A stretch of 48,646 bases of DNA from Octopus sinensis (lineage: Eukaryota). The position numbers were made by a program, and so were the translations under genes. The notes under the pieces are model-generated. The model ran no database searches and was not told the origin of the DNA. It was given only the letters and a program-made list of their open reading frames with translations. This document shows positions 1 through 12,137 of this stretch, one piece after another; positions within the stretch are counted from its first letter, which is position 1; every line of letters begins with the position of its first letter. The stretch covers positions 1 through 48,646 of the forward strand of contig NW_021835370.1 in assembly GCF_006345805.1 (NCBI RefSeq). The letters are read 5' to 3'.

Positions 1-129
1 AATAATTAGTTGGTTTCACTCTTGGCCAATCGATCACTGCTTTTGTAGCAGCTTGTGTCTTGACACTGACAATACGATGAGTCGATAATTAAACCATTAG
101 CATTCAAAATTATTTTAAGATATCATACG

Positions 130-133
<4 letters not shown>

Positions 134-182
<49 letters not shown>
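134..182. repeat. (TA)n microsatellite
   Basis: Direct: uninterrupted TA run. Confidence 0.95.
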
Positions 183-185
<3 letters not shown>

Positions 186-188
186 GGT

Positions 189-352
189 GCAGGCGTGGTA
201 GTGTGATTAGTAGCTTGCGTGCCATACCCAATGGTTCTGAGTTCAGTCCCACTGCGTGGCACCTTGGGCTAGTGTCTTGTAGTATAGCCTCTGGCTGACC
301 AAAGACTTAGGAGTGGATTTGATAGACGGAAGCTGAAAGAAACCTGTGGTGT
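189..352 (+). mobile_element. SINE family A, 5' half (tRNA-like head plus CORE-like segment)
   Basis: ggcgtggtagtgtg...gagttcagtcccactgcgtggcaccttgggctagtgtctt...gatagacggaagctgaaagaa; A/B-box-like words. The same sequence recurs at 545, 1246, 5708, 41283 and 45210. Confidence 0.85.
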
Positions 353-544
353 GTGTGTATATATATATATATATGTATGTGTGCGTGTGTGTCTGTGCTG
401 GTGTGTGTGTATGTGCGTGTGTGTGTGTAATTCTTTTCTGGAACGCTAGATCTCGAAGCAGATAATTTATAAATATTACCATGTAAATATTGGGCTGAGA
501 AACCTGTGAATAGAAGTCGAAAACTGTCCGTGGTAGGACGCCTG

Positions 545-675
545 CCAAATCCACTCACAAGGCTTTGGTCGGCCCGTGGCTATAGTAGAAGACACTTGCC
601 CAAGGTGCCACGCAGTGGGACTGAACCCGGAAGCATGTGGTTGGTAAGCAAGCTACTTACCACACAGCCACTCCT
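545..675 (-). mobile_element. SINE family A, 5' half
   Basis: Reverse complement of the family A head (ccaaatccactcacaaggctttggtcggcc...gggactgaacccgg...cttaccacacagccactcc). Confidence 0.9.
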
Positions 676-1200
676 TTGTACGATATGATCGTTGCTCTAG
701 TGTAATAAGCATTCATAAAAACATACACAGTAACATATATCCATACATTCAAGTACGTCTATAGTGGAAACTGAATCTGTCTTTACGGTTTATATATATA
801 TCCTAAATGAACAATATATGTACGCATGTGTTTGAGCAGGTGGGCGCGGGGGCTTGTGTTTCTGTGCGCTGTGCGCATGTGTGTATCGGTATATGCGCGC
901 ACACACGCGTGTGAGTGCATACCTCTGTGTGTGTCTGTGTCTGTGTGTGTGTATGTCATTGCTAGAAATGTCCTGTCTCTTTTGTCGAGACAAAAAGACT
1001 CAAGAATGCAAATTTCCTTTAGTAATGTTTCGAATATTCAATTAAAGTAATATTTTTCTTCATTTTCGATCGCAAACTTCCATCTAATCGTTAAGATACT
1101 AATGCCTCGGGCGTAAACCTTTTCTGTGTTTAACAAATCTACGTCTAAACAAATAAATATATAAATGAATAAATATATATACATACACACACACACACAC

Positions 1201-1245
<45 letters not shown>

Positions 1246-1247
<2 letters not shown>

Positions 1248-1395
1248 AGTGGCTGTGTGGTAAGTAGGTTGCTTACCAACCACATGGTTCTGAATTCAAT
1301 CTCACTTGTGCAAGTGTCTTCTTCTATGGCTTCGGGCAGACTAAAGCCTTGTGAGTGGACTTGGTAGACGGAAACCGAAAGAAGACAATCGTATA
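1246..1395 (+). mobile_element. SINE family A, 5' half with internal deletion
   Basis: ggagtggctgtgtggtaagtaggttgcttaccaaccacatggttctgaattc...gtagacggaaaccgaaagaag. Confidence 0.85.
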
Positions 1396-1659
1396 TAAAT
1401 ATGTATGAATGCATATATACATGTGTGTATATATAGATATATATATGTGGGGAAAAAATCAAGACAGAAAATGCTAAAATATTTTTATAAAAACATTTCA
1501 GTATCGGTTTCAGTCATTGAGACGTCTTCAAGTGTAAGTATGGAAAACAATTAAATTTTGGAAAAATTAAAAGAAAAGTTTTTTTTAAAGAATATTTGCA
1601 TAGTGTTTAAATACAAGTGGCATTTTCCTTGTTTCTGTATAAATATATATATATATAAT

Positions 1660-1760
1660 GTATGTATGTATGTATGTATGTATGTATGTATGTATGTATG
1701 TATGTATGTATGTATGTATGTATGTATGTATGTATGTATGCATGTGTGTATGTATGTATA
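1660..1760. repeat. (TATG)n microsatellite
   Basis: Direct. Confidence 0.95.
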
Positions 1761-1761
1761 T

Positions 1762-1975
1762 GTTTGTGTGTTTGTGTTGGTCCTCCCACCATTGCTTCAC
1801 AACCGATGTTGGTGTGTTTACGTCACTGTAACTTAGCGGTTCGGGAAAAGAGACCGATAGAATAAGTACTAGGCTTACAAAAGAATAAGTCTTGGGGTCG
1901 ATTTGTTCGACTAAAGGCGGTGCTCCAGCATGGTCGCAATCAAATGACTGAGACAAATAATAGAATAAAAGAATA
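1762..1975 (+). mobile_element. SINE family A, 3' half
   Basis: caaccgatgttggtgtgtttacgtc...gaccgatagaataagtactaggctt...ggggtcgatttgttcgactaaaggcggtgctccagcatgg...A-rich tail. Recurs at 5419 and (reverse) at 41283. Confidence 0.9.
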
Positions 1976-2632
1976 TTTATTTATATATTAGTTTATCTAG
2001 GTGTGAAATAACTACCTAAGGGATATTAAATATCCGATGAGTTTACTGGGTTTTTTTTATCAACCATACCAATAGCAATGTTATGAACTGTCATGAATTG
2101 TTCCTAGCTCAGAAAATTCTGTATAGAACACAAAAATAAAATGGAGCAAAGTGTTGTATTTATGCATATGTATATTTATCGAAATCGTGGACAACGCATT
2201 ACCAAATACTAGTATTTGGGTCACTATTCTTTTTCTATTTTTTCTGGGGTTTTTTTTTTTGTTGCCTCGAATTGACCCAATCCGTGTGAGTGAAATCAAA
2301 TTGGATGAAAACTGAGTAGAATAACTTCTTGAGAGTATCTGAGGCTCAAAGCTTACAGCCTTTCACTTACTCTGTCATGATGATTCCACCTGAGCACTGC
2401 GTTAAGGGTATAGATTACAGTGGAATATTTAATCACACACACACACACTAAATCAATGAGAGGATAATTAAGTTGATGAAACAACAGAATCTTCATCATC
2501 GAAAGAGACGGAGATCCGCTGAATTTTTACTTTTCTTAACAGCTGTTGTTTTACCACAGAAATTCGTGTTATTTTGCATACAATTTAGTTTAGCGCTTCC
2601 CTCAATTACGATAAGCCAAGCTTGATTGTTCA

Positions 2633-2847
2633 GCGGCGTTCTAGCAGAAACGTAGGCACGCTGGACGAAATGCTTAGCAGTATTTCGCCGGTCGCTACGT
2701 TCTGAGTTCAATTTCCGCCGAGGTCGACTTTGCCTTTCATCCTTTCGAGGTCGATAAATTAAGTACCCGTCAAGTACTGGGATCGATGTGATCGACCAGC
2801 TACTTCCCCTCAATTTCCAGTCCTTGAGCTAGAGTAGAAAGGATTAT
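2633..2847 (+). mobile_element. SINE family B (tRNA-like head, Nin/Deu-domain-like core)
   Basis: gcagaaacgtaggcacgctggacgaaatgcttagc...gttctgagttcaatttccgccgaggtcgactttgcctttcatcctttcgaggtcgataaattaagtacc. The catcctttcgaggtcgataaa..agtacc word matches the Nin/Deu SINE domain as I recall it. More than 10 copies in the window. Confidence 0.88.
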
Positions 2848-3364
2848 CAGGTGTTGCTTTACTGCAACAATGCCGTGTTATTTCACGTACAATTTAGCTT
2901 AACACTTACCTCAATTGCGATAAGCCAAACTTGATTGTTCAACGAATTCAACTGCGCAGCTCATCGTGAAACTTTTGGAATAAATGTCTTTGTAATAAAT
3001 CAGCGAAAGTAAATCTTCAGAAAGTAAACTAATGCACCGATTGTAAAAATTGAAAGCAATACCCGAAGGATTACGAAACCACGTGTACTTAACGCCGTAA
3101 ATTCACATCTTCAGTCAGTGAGAACATGTATTTAATTCCGGCCGGGGCCGCTCAACTTGTTAGAAATATCAGTCAAATATCATATGAGCCTTGTATCTTA
3201 GAAAAACGATTTGGAGCGCACTGTGCATTTGAAGATAATCGAAACTGGTTGATCAAAGTCAGGCAGTGGTAAAAAACGAAACGGCAACGTCAATTTCACT
3301 TCACTTGCGCAAATAATCGTTTCCACTATCGGAACAAGCTCTGATATTTGGGGAATGAGGATAA

Positions 3365-3522
3365 GACGATTACATGACCCCCAGTGCTCAACAGGTACTA
3401 TATTTTATCGACGTTGAAAGCATGAAAGGTAAAATTGACTTTGAAGAAATCAGAACGTAAAGACGGATGAAATACCGCTAAACATTTTATCTGATGTGCT
3501 AACGTTTCTACCCGCTCGCCAC
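3365..3522 (-). mobile_element. SINE family B, degenerate
   Basis: Reverse-complement match: cagaacgtaaagacggatgaaataccgctaaacatttt...gctaacgtttct. Confidence 0.75.
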
Positions 3523-3570
3523 GTTCACGTGAAAAAATAAAGGCTTCAAATTTTAGCAGAAGATAAGCAA

Positions 3571-3742
3571 AGGGGTAAGTCGACTACATCGACCCCAGCA
3601 CACAACTGTACTTAATTTATTGAACCTGAAAGGATGAAATGTAAAGTCGACATCGGCGGAATTTGAACTTAGAACGTAAAGACGAACGAAATGTTGCTAA
3701 GTATTTTGCCGAACGTATTAACGCTTCAGCCAGCTCGCCAGT
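3571..3742 (-). mobile_element. SINE family B
   Basis: gtcgactacatcgaccccag...aaagtcgacatcggcggaatttgaacttagaacgtaaagacg...gccagctcgcc. Confidence 0.85.
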
Positions 3743-3756
3743 TTCGTCAGAGCAAA

Positions 3757-3966
3757 TACAGTAAACGCTCGATTATCGCAGGTGTTACGTTCCAAAACCT
3801 CCCACAGAAATAATTAAATTCTAAAAATATATAAATACCTATCGGCCACAGAAACCCACGATATACTGAGGAGTGTACGATCTAAATTTACATATATTAA
3901 CCAGAAAAATTCGCGATGTACTGCGTGCGCGATAAATGAAGCGCGATATGGTGAGGGATTACTGCA
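3757..3966. mobile_element. Tc1/pogo (Tigger-like) MITE
   Basis: Left end ta|cagtaaacgctcgattatcgc and right end gcgatatggtgagggattactg|ca are imperfect TIRs with a TA-type target; no ORF. Confidence 0.7.
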
Positions 3967-4044
3967 ATACAAAATAAAGGTCATAACACCAGGAAATTAA
4001 AGCTATGCATGAGACAATAAAACTAAGTAGCGTAATTAAAGTAA

Positions 4045-4230
4045 CTTGGTTTTGTTGCTTATCAGCAGGTCAGCCTTGCTGCAGCAATTCGCGATCAAAA
4101 GCGTTCCAGCCATGACTATACACATTTTTTAATATATCAGGTATTGCAATGTCTATGATGCCCTACTTTTCTTGGAAAACGGTGACGGGGTTGATATGTC
4201 TATGCCGAGAGTACTTGTTGCTACGTCAAA
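4045..4230 (-). mobile_element. Unclassified short repeat, family F, (AAC)n-tailed on the minus strand
   Basis: Starts after GTT-rich sequence: caggtcagcc...gatcaaaagcgttccagccatgac. Similar segments at 17795, 32905 and 42480. Confidence 0.45.
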
Positions 4231-4524
4231 TGATGAGAAAATAATAGAGGTTTTAGACGAAGTATCTTAAGAGAAGCAACATTAAGAAATATCACAAATG
4301 GCTGAAGGAAACATTTGAGACTAAGTATTTTGTGTTTAAAGTTTTTACATTTGGCTGTGGATGGTCTAATTTCGATGTGTAATATATCTGGGAGATTGAG
4401 ACTTATCAATAACAGCTGTGACATTGATAAACGAGAAAAGAAGGCGGCTAAAAGTGTGCAAACACGTATAATGAGGAAGGGATGGTCGTAATAACAATGA
4501 TGCGTAAAACGAAGAAGGCAAACG

Positions 4525-4630
4525 AAGGAAGAAGAAAGAAGAAGAAGAAGAAGAAGAAGAAGAAGAAGAAGAAGAAGAAGAAGAAGAAGAAGAAGAAGAA
4601 GAAGAAGAAGAAGAGATGATGAAGAAGAAG
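4525..4630. repeat. (GAA)n microsatellite
   Basis: Direct. Confidence 0.95.
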
Positions 4631-4739
4631 GAACTGTTTAGATATCTCTAGGCTATATATCTGAGATGTTAAATACAAAATAACTCGAACAAATACGTAT
4701 ATACACAAGTATTCATCCACAAATACATTCATAAAATAC

Positions 4740-4788
<49 letters not shown>

Positions 4789-5131
4789 TACATATACATA
4801 TATATACGCACACAAATATGCATACATACATACATACACACATGCATGCATATATTAATCCACACGTACATGACGTACATATATACAAACATTCATACAT
4901 ATTACATACGTACTCACGGCATTACTCGGCCATTTTGGGTTCTATAGAATGTATCTGAAAAGTTCATATGACCTATGAACTTTTTAAAAAGATGTGCATT
5001 AGGTCAAATACTTTAAGAAGTTCATAGGCGATGTGCAACTAAGATGAAAAAGTGTAGCTTAGAACTTGGAACATACACCCTCTTATGTATTACATATTCG
5101 GTTCGGATGCAAATTAATATGTTGTGTGCTG

Positions 5132-5180
<49 letters not shown>

Positions 5181-5418
5181 ACTTACACACATATATACAT
5201 ATCCATATATATTTATATATGTATATATACATACATACATACATACATAATATATATATAACGGTGATGACCCAGCATGACCGCAGCTTCGAAGCTGAAG
5301 CAATTTAGAGATTAAAAAAGTGTATATGTATATATATATATATTTTAATATATATTATATTTATATATACATATACATATATACATATATACATGTATAT
5401 TATATGTATGTATGTATT

Positions 5419-5638
5419 TGTATGTGTCTGTTTTTTGTCCGCCTGCCATCGCTTGACGACCGATGTTGGTGTGTTTACGTCTTCGTAACATACCTGTTCG
5501 GCAAAAGGAGACCGATAGAACAAGTACTAGGCTTACAAAGAATAAGTCCTATTGTCGATTTGTTCCACTAAGGACGGTGCTCCAAAATGGCCGCAGTCAG
5601 ATGACAGAAACAAATAAAAGAAAAAGAAAAAGAAAGAA
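5419..5638 (+). mobile_element. SINE family A, 3' half
   Basis: Near-collinear with 1762-1975. Confidence 0.88.
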
Positions 5639-5707
5639 TGATATTACACACCAGGAAGAGAATTTTATGCGTATGACAAATGCAAATGAGAAATGGTGGA
5701 ACGTTTT

Positions 5708-6120
5708 GTAGTTCTGGGTTCAGTCTCGTCGCGTGTCATTTTTGACAAATGTTTTCCACTATAACACTGGATCAAGCAAAGACTCGTGAGTGGTTTTTGA
5801 TAGACGGAAACTGAAAGAAACTGATGTGTGTGTGTGAGAGAGAGAGAAAGAGAGAGAAAGTTTATGTGTATGTGTGTTTGTCTTTGTGTTTGCCCGCCAC
5901 CGCACCCCATTCCAGCAGCGTTTGACAACCGTTTCAGGTTTGCTTACGTCCACGTAAAGTAGCAGTTCGGTAAAAAGCGACAAATAAAATAAGTACCAGA
6001 CATTAAGAGGGGAAAAAAGCAAAAAACGTACTGGAGTTTCGTTTCATTCAACTAAACTCTTCAAAGCAGATCTACTACATGGCCACTGTCTGACGAATGA
6101 AACAAGTAAAAGATGAACAA
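5708..6120 (+). mobile_element. SINE family A, near full length, degenerate
   Basis: gttctgggttcagtc head remnant, gatagacggaaactgaaagaa, internal TG/AG tract, then a diverged 3' half ending gaaacaagtaaaaga. Confidence 0.7.
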
Positions 6121-6149
6121 AAATAGATACCCTTCACGGCTTAACTGCC

Positions 6150-6505
6150 AAGTTCCCATATAGCCTGGAAGTCTTATATGGAGATGATGGCATTCATACA
6201 GAGAAACACGAATAATCTGTGCAGCGACATATTCAAGATTGTAATCTATTCTGATGTTACAGTAACTAAATTATATTCATAATTCTCCTTATACAAAACC
6301 AGACAAGCTATGACACTATATTTCTCTATATTCTGACTTACCAGTCGTCTAGTCGCCTAATCATATTTTACATAAGTTGGTCGAAAATATCTCACATCGA
6401 ATATACCACCTATCGTTCGATGAATCTATGTTCAATATTATGTCAGATTACGATAATGCGTTAATACATGATGGATTCGCTGAAAAGAAAACAAAAAAAG
6501 AGGCA
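6150..6505 (+). pseudogene. Penelope-like retroelement RT fragment
   Basis: Manual translation: LYGDDGI at 6174-6194 (YxDD, cf. LYRDDGL of Penelope RTs), then PYTKPDKL*HYIS...PNHILHKLVENISHRIYHLSFDESMFNIMSDYDNALIHDGF, resembling the Penelope thumb region. Stops and deletions present. Confidence 0.65.
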
Positions 6506-6511
6506 TAAAAA

Positions 6512-6718
6512 TATTCTTTTCTATTCTAGGCACTAGGTCCGAAGTTCTTGGGGGAAGGGGGCCAGTCGATTAGATCGACCCCAGTACGCAACTGGTACTT
6601 AATTTAGCGACCCCGAAAGGAGAAAGGAAAAGTCGACCTCGGCGAACTCAGAACGTAAAGACGAAATACCACTAAACATTTCGCCCGGCGTGTTAACGTT
6701 TCTGCCAGTTCGCCGCCT
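6512..6718 (-). mobile_element. SINE family B
   Basis: Reverse complement of family B; short flanking duplication cataaaa(a)tatt on both sides. Confidence 0.88.
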
Positions 6719-6765
6719 TGATACATAAAATATTAATCCACATAGTTTCCTGACAGGACAAGTAC

Positions 6766-7060
6766 AGGCGTGGCTGTGTGGTCAAAAAGCTCAGCTCACT
6801 TTGCAACCACGTGATTTCGGGTTCAGTCCCATCTGCACGGTAATTTGGGCATCGTATATATGTACGTGTGTCTTTACGTCTGTGTTTGTCATTCTCACCT
6901 TTTGACAGTTGGTTTGTTTACGTCCTTGTGACTTAGCATTTCGGCGAAAAATGACGATAGAATGGGTACCAGGCTTAAAAGTATGTCCTGAGGTGACAAG
7001 CGCTTCAAATCGTTGCCCTAGTCCGATGGCTCAAACAAGAAAAAGACAGAAAAATGAATA
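6766..7060 (+). mobile_element. SINE family A, degenerate with internal deletion
   Basis: caggcgtggctgtgtggt...ttcgggttcagtccc head plus a diverged 3' half. Confidence 0.7.
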
Positions 7061-7117
7061 GCACCTGGACGTCTCACCTGTTAATCAAAACATTTCGATG
7101 TTTCGAGCCAAAATATA

Positions 7118-7490
7118 TACAGGGATTGGATAAAATCATGAAAAAAACCTTAAAATTTCAAACGAATTTATTTTAATATGGGGTAGGACCCTTTTTGGCT
7201 GTAATTACAGCTTGAATTGTACGAGGAATTTTTGTCTTTTCTTCAGCTAAAACAGCCTCCAGTTCTTGTAGTGATAGAGGATATCGACGCCTCACTTATT
7301 TTTCTAAAATACACCATAAATGTTCAATAATATTGAGATCTGTAGACTGTGGTGTCCAGATAAGATGTTCAAATTCACTAGAATATTCCTCGTGCTGTAA
7401 CAACTTCAGCTGTGTGAATTTGTGCATTAACATCCTGAAAGATTGCGTTTCCCTTCGGAAACAGTTCTCTCACATGCCTTTTCATTATCT
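7118..7490 (-). pseudogene. Tc1-like (DD34E) transposase 3' fragment with terminal repeat
   Basis: Minus-strand translation ELFPKGNAIFQDVNAQIHTAEVV..HEEYSSEFEHLIWTPQSTDLNIIEHLWCILEK*VRRRYP...RTIQAVITAKKGPTPY*; element end ta|cagggattggataaaatcatg. Confidence 0.85.
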
Positions 7491-7502
7491 CTGGTCCTCC
7501 AA

Positions 7503-7890
7503 AGCGGTGAGCTGGCAGAAACGTTAGCAGGCCGGGCGAAATGCTTAGCAGTATTTCGTCTGCCGCTACGTTCTGAGTTCAAATTCCGCCGAGGTCGACT
7601 TCGCCTTTCATCCTTTCGGGGTCGATTAAATAAGTACCAGTTACGCACTGGGGTCGATATAATCAACTTAATCCATTTGTCTGTGTTTGTCCCTTCTGTG
7701 TGTAGCCCCTTGTGAGTAGTAAAGAAATATGTATTTCGTCTGTCTTTACGTTCTGAGTTCAAATTCCGCCGGGGTCGACTTTGCCTTTTATCCTTTCGAG
7801 GTCGATAAAATAAGCACCAGTTGCGTACTGTGGTCGATCTAATCGATTGGCCCCCTCTCCAAAAATTTCGGGCTTTGTCTCTAGAAATAA
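7503..7890 (+). mobile_element. SINE family B, dimeric form
   Basis: The segment gtatttcgtctg...gttctgagttcaaattccgcc...gtcgat occurs twice in tandem (7550, 7731); ~17-bp flanking duplication attatctctggtcctcc / attatatctggtccacc. Confidence 0.88.
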
Positions 7891-7919
7891 TTATATCTGG
7901 TCCACCGTAACAATTATTC

Positions 7920-8044
7920 TCTCTTCTTCTCCTCTCTCTCCCTCTCTCGCTTTATCACTCCCTTCCTCTCTCTCTCCTGCCCCACTCTTTTCCTCCCTCT
8001 CCCCCTCTCTCTCTCTCTCCTGCCTCACTCTTTTCCTCCCTCTC

Positions 8045-8087
<43 letters not shown>

Positions 8088-8451
8088 CCTCGTTCTCATT
8101 CTCGAACAAACACTTCAAACACACCAATTCCCAATGTCTTTAGCCACCACCATTTCAAGCACACATCGTTCATGTTGTCCTCTGCCCTCACTCATTCTTG
8201 TATACAATTTCTGTCTCCACCTTTCCATGCCTTCTCGCCACTACCTATCTAAATTTCTGACACTCACTACCTCCCACTTCTCTCTCTGTCTGTCTGTCTC
8301 TCCCTCTCTCTCTCTTAATCTGTATCTCTCCATATCTTTCTATTCAACTAACGGCTATAGCAAAGGGCGGTATAGATACTAATTAATGTTATTGAAACTC
8401 ACCCTGAAAAAAATATACATAAAAGTACGTGTGTGTATGTATACATACATT

Positions 8452-8511
<60 letters not shown>

Positions 8512-8773
8512 ATATATATATAATATATAAAGGTGCGTGCATCTGTGAATGTGCGTGTGTGTATATATACGTATGCATACACATAAGTATCTATACTTCC
8601 ATATACTTATATGCTCATACTTAGATATAACCGCATATATTAATATACATGGTATGTGATATACATATACATATATATATAATATATATATATAATATAT
8701 ATATATTAGGGGTATGTTTCTATACATATATATATATATAGGTATGTTTCTGTAGATATATATTATATATATA

Positions 8774-8815
<42 letters not shown>

Positions 8816-9128
8816 CTTGGTATATATGCAAGCACACGCTCATGACGTACACCCACACATATAATATATGTATGTATGTATATATATATATATGCATATA
8901 TATACACATGTATGTATATCTATATATAAGTATGTATGTATACACACACATATGTATATGTGTGTGTTCGCGCGTGTTTGTGTGTGCGTGCGTGTGTGTA
9001 TGCATGATTCTGTGAGTTCTTTATCCAATTTTGTTCTGACTTTTAGATAGGTTAGGGGCATAAAAGAAATGGAAAAAATAATAAATACAGTAGTAAATAT
9101 AATAATGAGTGAAAGAATGGACGAGAGA

Positions 9129-9160
<32 letters not shown>

Positions 9161-9200
9161 AAGAAAGAAAGAAGGAAAGAAAAGGAAGAAGAAAGAAAAG
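7920..9200. repeat. Compound (CT)n, (TA)n, (TG)n, (GA)n microsatellite field
   Basis: Direct. Confidence 0.85.
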
Positions 9201-9339
9201 GACAAATTAAGGTTGAAGAAAAAATGGCTACTGTCGAGAGGGCATGGCAGAGGAGATGTTAAATAAACAGAAAACTAATAGAGTCGTCGCAAGTACAAGA
9301 ACAACAAGCACAACTATGACGATTTCAGAATAATGGTGG

Positions 9340-9425
9340 TGAAGATGATTGTGATGGATGTGATGTTATTGACGACGAGAATGACGACGACGATGATGAT
9401 AATGATGATGATGATGATGATGATG

Positions 9426-9472
<47 letters not shown>

Positions 9473-9707
9473 GAGCTAGAGGAGGAGGAGAAGAATACCG
9501 CGGGGCATTAAACGAGGTTAGTTAAGATGATGTTGCTGATGAAGGCAATGAAGGCGATGATGATGCCGATGACCACAACATGGATGAACGCAATGACGAT
9601 AGTAATTAGAAACATGAGGCTCATCATCATCCTCATCATCATCCTCATCATCATCCTCATCATCATCCTCATCATCATCATCATCATCCTCATCATCATC
9701 ATCATCC

Positions 9708-9765
<58 letters not shown>

Positions 9766-9995
9766 TCATCACCATCATCATCATCATCATCCTCATCTTC
9801 ATCATCATCATAATCATCATCATCATCATCATGATAGTGGTGTTGGTGATGTTGGTGGTGGTGGTGGTAGTGGTGGTGATGATGATGGAGAAAAGGACGA
9901 CGGTAACTACGATAAGGTAAGATGAATATGAATATGATGACAATGAAAAGCGCAATAATGATAAGGATGATAAGGATGAGGATGATGATGATTAC
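9340..9995. repeat. Degenerate trinucleotide field (GAT/CAT/GGT)n
   Basis: Direct; source of the poly-M/I/H/D ORFs. Confidence 0.9.
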
Positions 9996-10046
9996 AGAGG
10001 CGAGTACGAAGACCAGTAAAAGTACGAAGCTTCAAAAATATAACTT

Positions 10047-10140
10047 CAGTACTGGGGTCTATTTGTTCGAAGAAAATTCTTCAAGACTGTGCCCCAGCAT
10101 GGCCGCAGTGTAGTGATAGAAAGCAGGAAAAGATAAAAAA
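10047..10140 (+). mobile_element. SINE family A, 3' end fragment
   Basis: gtactggggtctatttgttcga...gtgccccagcatggccgcag...aaaagataaaa. Confidence 0.7.
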
Positions 10141-10289
10141 AATTATAAAAGGCAAAAGATCTATAGTGAGGGACGGGACTGGACGGGACTAAGGAGGAAA
10201 GATGGACAACAGTGAAATAACCAATTAGAAGTTATTTGCCAATTCAACATCTTCCCTAAGCCGTCTCCAGGTTCTTCACGTTCTTCGAC

Positions 10290-10979
10290 ATCTTTTTCTT
10301 CACCATCTCTTTCCTTTTCTTCTTCTTCTTCTTCTTCTTCTTCTTCTTCTTCTTCTTCTTCTTCTTCTTCTTCTTCTTCTTCTCCCACTTCTTCTTCCAC
10401 TTCTTCTTCCACTTCTTTTTCTTTTTCTTCTCCTCCTCCTCACCTTCTTCTTCCCTCCTCCTCCTTTTTCTTTTTCTGTTTTTTCTTCTCTTCTTCTTCT
10501 TCTGTTCATCCTTCTTCTTCTCCGCTTCCTTCTTCTTCTCAACATCCTTCTTTTCCTCCTCTTCCTCTTACTTTTTATTTTTCTGTTTCTCCTTCCTCTT
10601 CTTCTTCTCTTCATCCTTCTTCTTCTCCGCTTCCTTCTTCTTCTCATCTTTCTTCTTCTCCTCCTCCTCCCCTTTTTTCCCTCCTCCTCCTCCTTTTTCT
10701 TTTTCTTTTTCTGTTTCTTCTTCTTCTTTTCTGCCACCCCTTCCCCTTAATTTTCTACTTCCACGTCCTCCTCTTCCAACACGTCTCCCTCCTTTTTCTT
10801 CTACATCTTCTTTTCCCCACTTCTACTTCTCTTCCCTTCTCCTCCCTGTCTCCCTTCCTATTCTTCTTTTTCAGCTTCTTTATCCTCTTACCTTTCGGTT
10901 TTCCTCTTCTTTGTCATCGTCACTGCTACTTCTTTTTCTTCTTTTTCTTCTTCTTCTTCTTCTTCTTCTTCTTCTTCTT

Positions 10980-11016
<37 letters not shown>

Positions 11017-11100
11017 TAACGCTGCTGCTGCTGCTACTACTACTACTTCCTCCTTCTCCCCATCTTATTCCTTCTCTTCATCTTCCTCCTACTTTTTCCA
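10290..11100. repeat. Polypyrimidine (CTT/CCT/CTA)n low-complexity tract
   Basis: Direct; includes an internal ~40-bp duplication at about 10505 and 10610. Confidence 0.9.
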
Positions 11101-11851
11101 CTCCAGCCCCCCCCCAGCTTCTGTCACCTCAACATTCGTCCTTTCTCTCTGAAAAAAAAAAAACCCATTTCGTTTTCTTTTGCTTCCTCCCCTTCATTAA
11201 CATCCCCACCAGCATCGCCACCACCATCCCCAACCTCTCTTAAGATGCCTCTACCCATCATCATCATAACCTTCTGAACCGAACATTTCACACCACGCTT
11301 CATCAGTCCCCTTCCAGCTTCCCTGCATTCATATTTCGTCCCCGCAAATAATCTTAGGCTTTGCTCTCTCTCCTTTCCCCGACAGTTCTTGTAAGCTCTT
11401 GTATTATGGCAACTAAAAATTAAGAACTCAAATTAAATTGGCATATCTTCTTTTCGATTACCATCTCGGAAACATTATTAGAACTCTTCAGATTTGAATT
11501 CAACAACCAGTTGAGTATTTCTCAACGGATGAAGTTACCAGTCTCTATACATGAGTGTGTGTGTGTGTATGTATGTGTGTCGGGTTGAACTTGTGCATAT
11601 ATTTGTACGTTCTGTATATATGCATGTATGTGTGTGTGTATGTATGTATGTATGTATGTGTGTATGTATATGTGTATGTATGTGTGTATGTATGTATATG
11701 TGTATGTATGTGTGTATGTATGTATCCTTGTGCATAGGAAGAGAGGTTGAGACAGATAACTGCATACATGTATATATAGAGATTTATATATGTATGTATC
11801 TAGATAGTTAGAGAGAGAGTAAGACTGATACATATAGACACCGAAAGGCAG

Positions 11852-11896
<45 letters not shown>

Positions 11897-12009
11897 GAAG
11901 GGAGAGAGAGGGGGAGAGAGACAGACAGAGAGACAGACAGAGACAGAGATATATAGAGATATAACAATATAAAGAGATATAGATAGACAGAGAGAGAGAG
12001 AGAGATGGA

Positions 12010-12137
<128 letters not shown>

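Noticed and set aside
2300-2520. gttgatgaa...ttcatcatcgaaag as a hammerhead
   Set aside because: No stem II between the putative core boxes; probably part of an unidentified repeat.
6342-6479. Minus-strand exon-like segment with strong acceptor (ttttcttttcag) and donor (gtaagt), 138 nt
   Set aside because: Stops in all three frames, and the plus strand is a Penelope RT relic.
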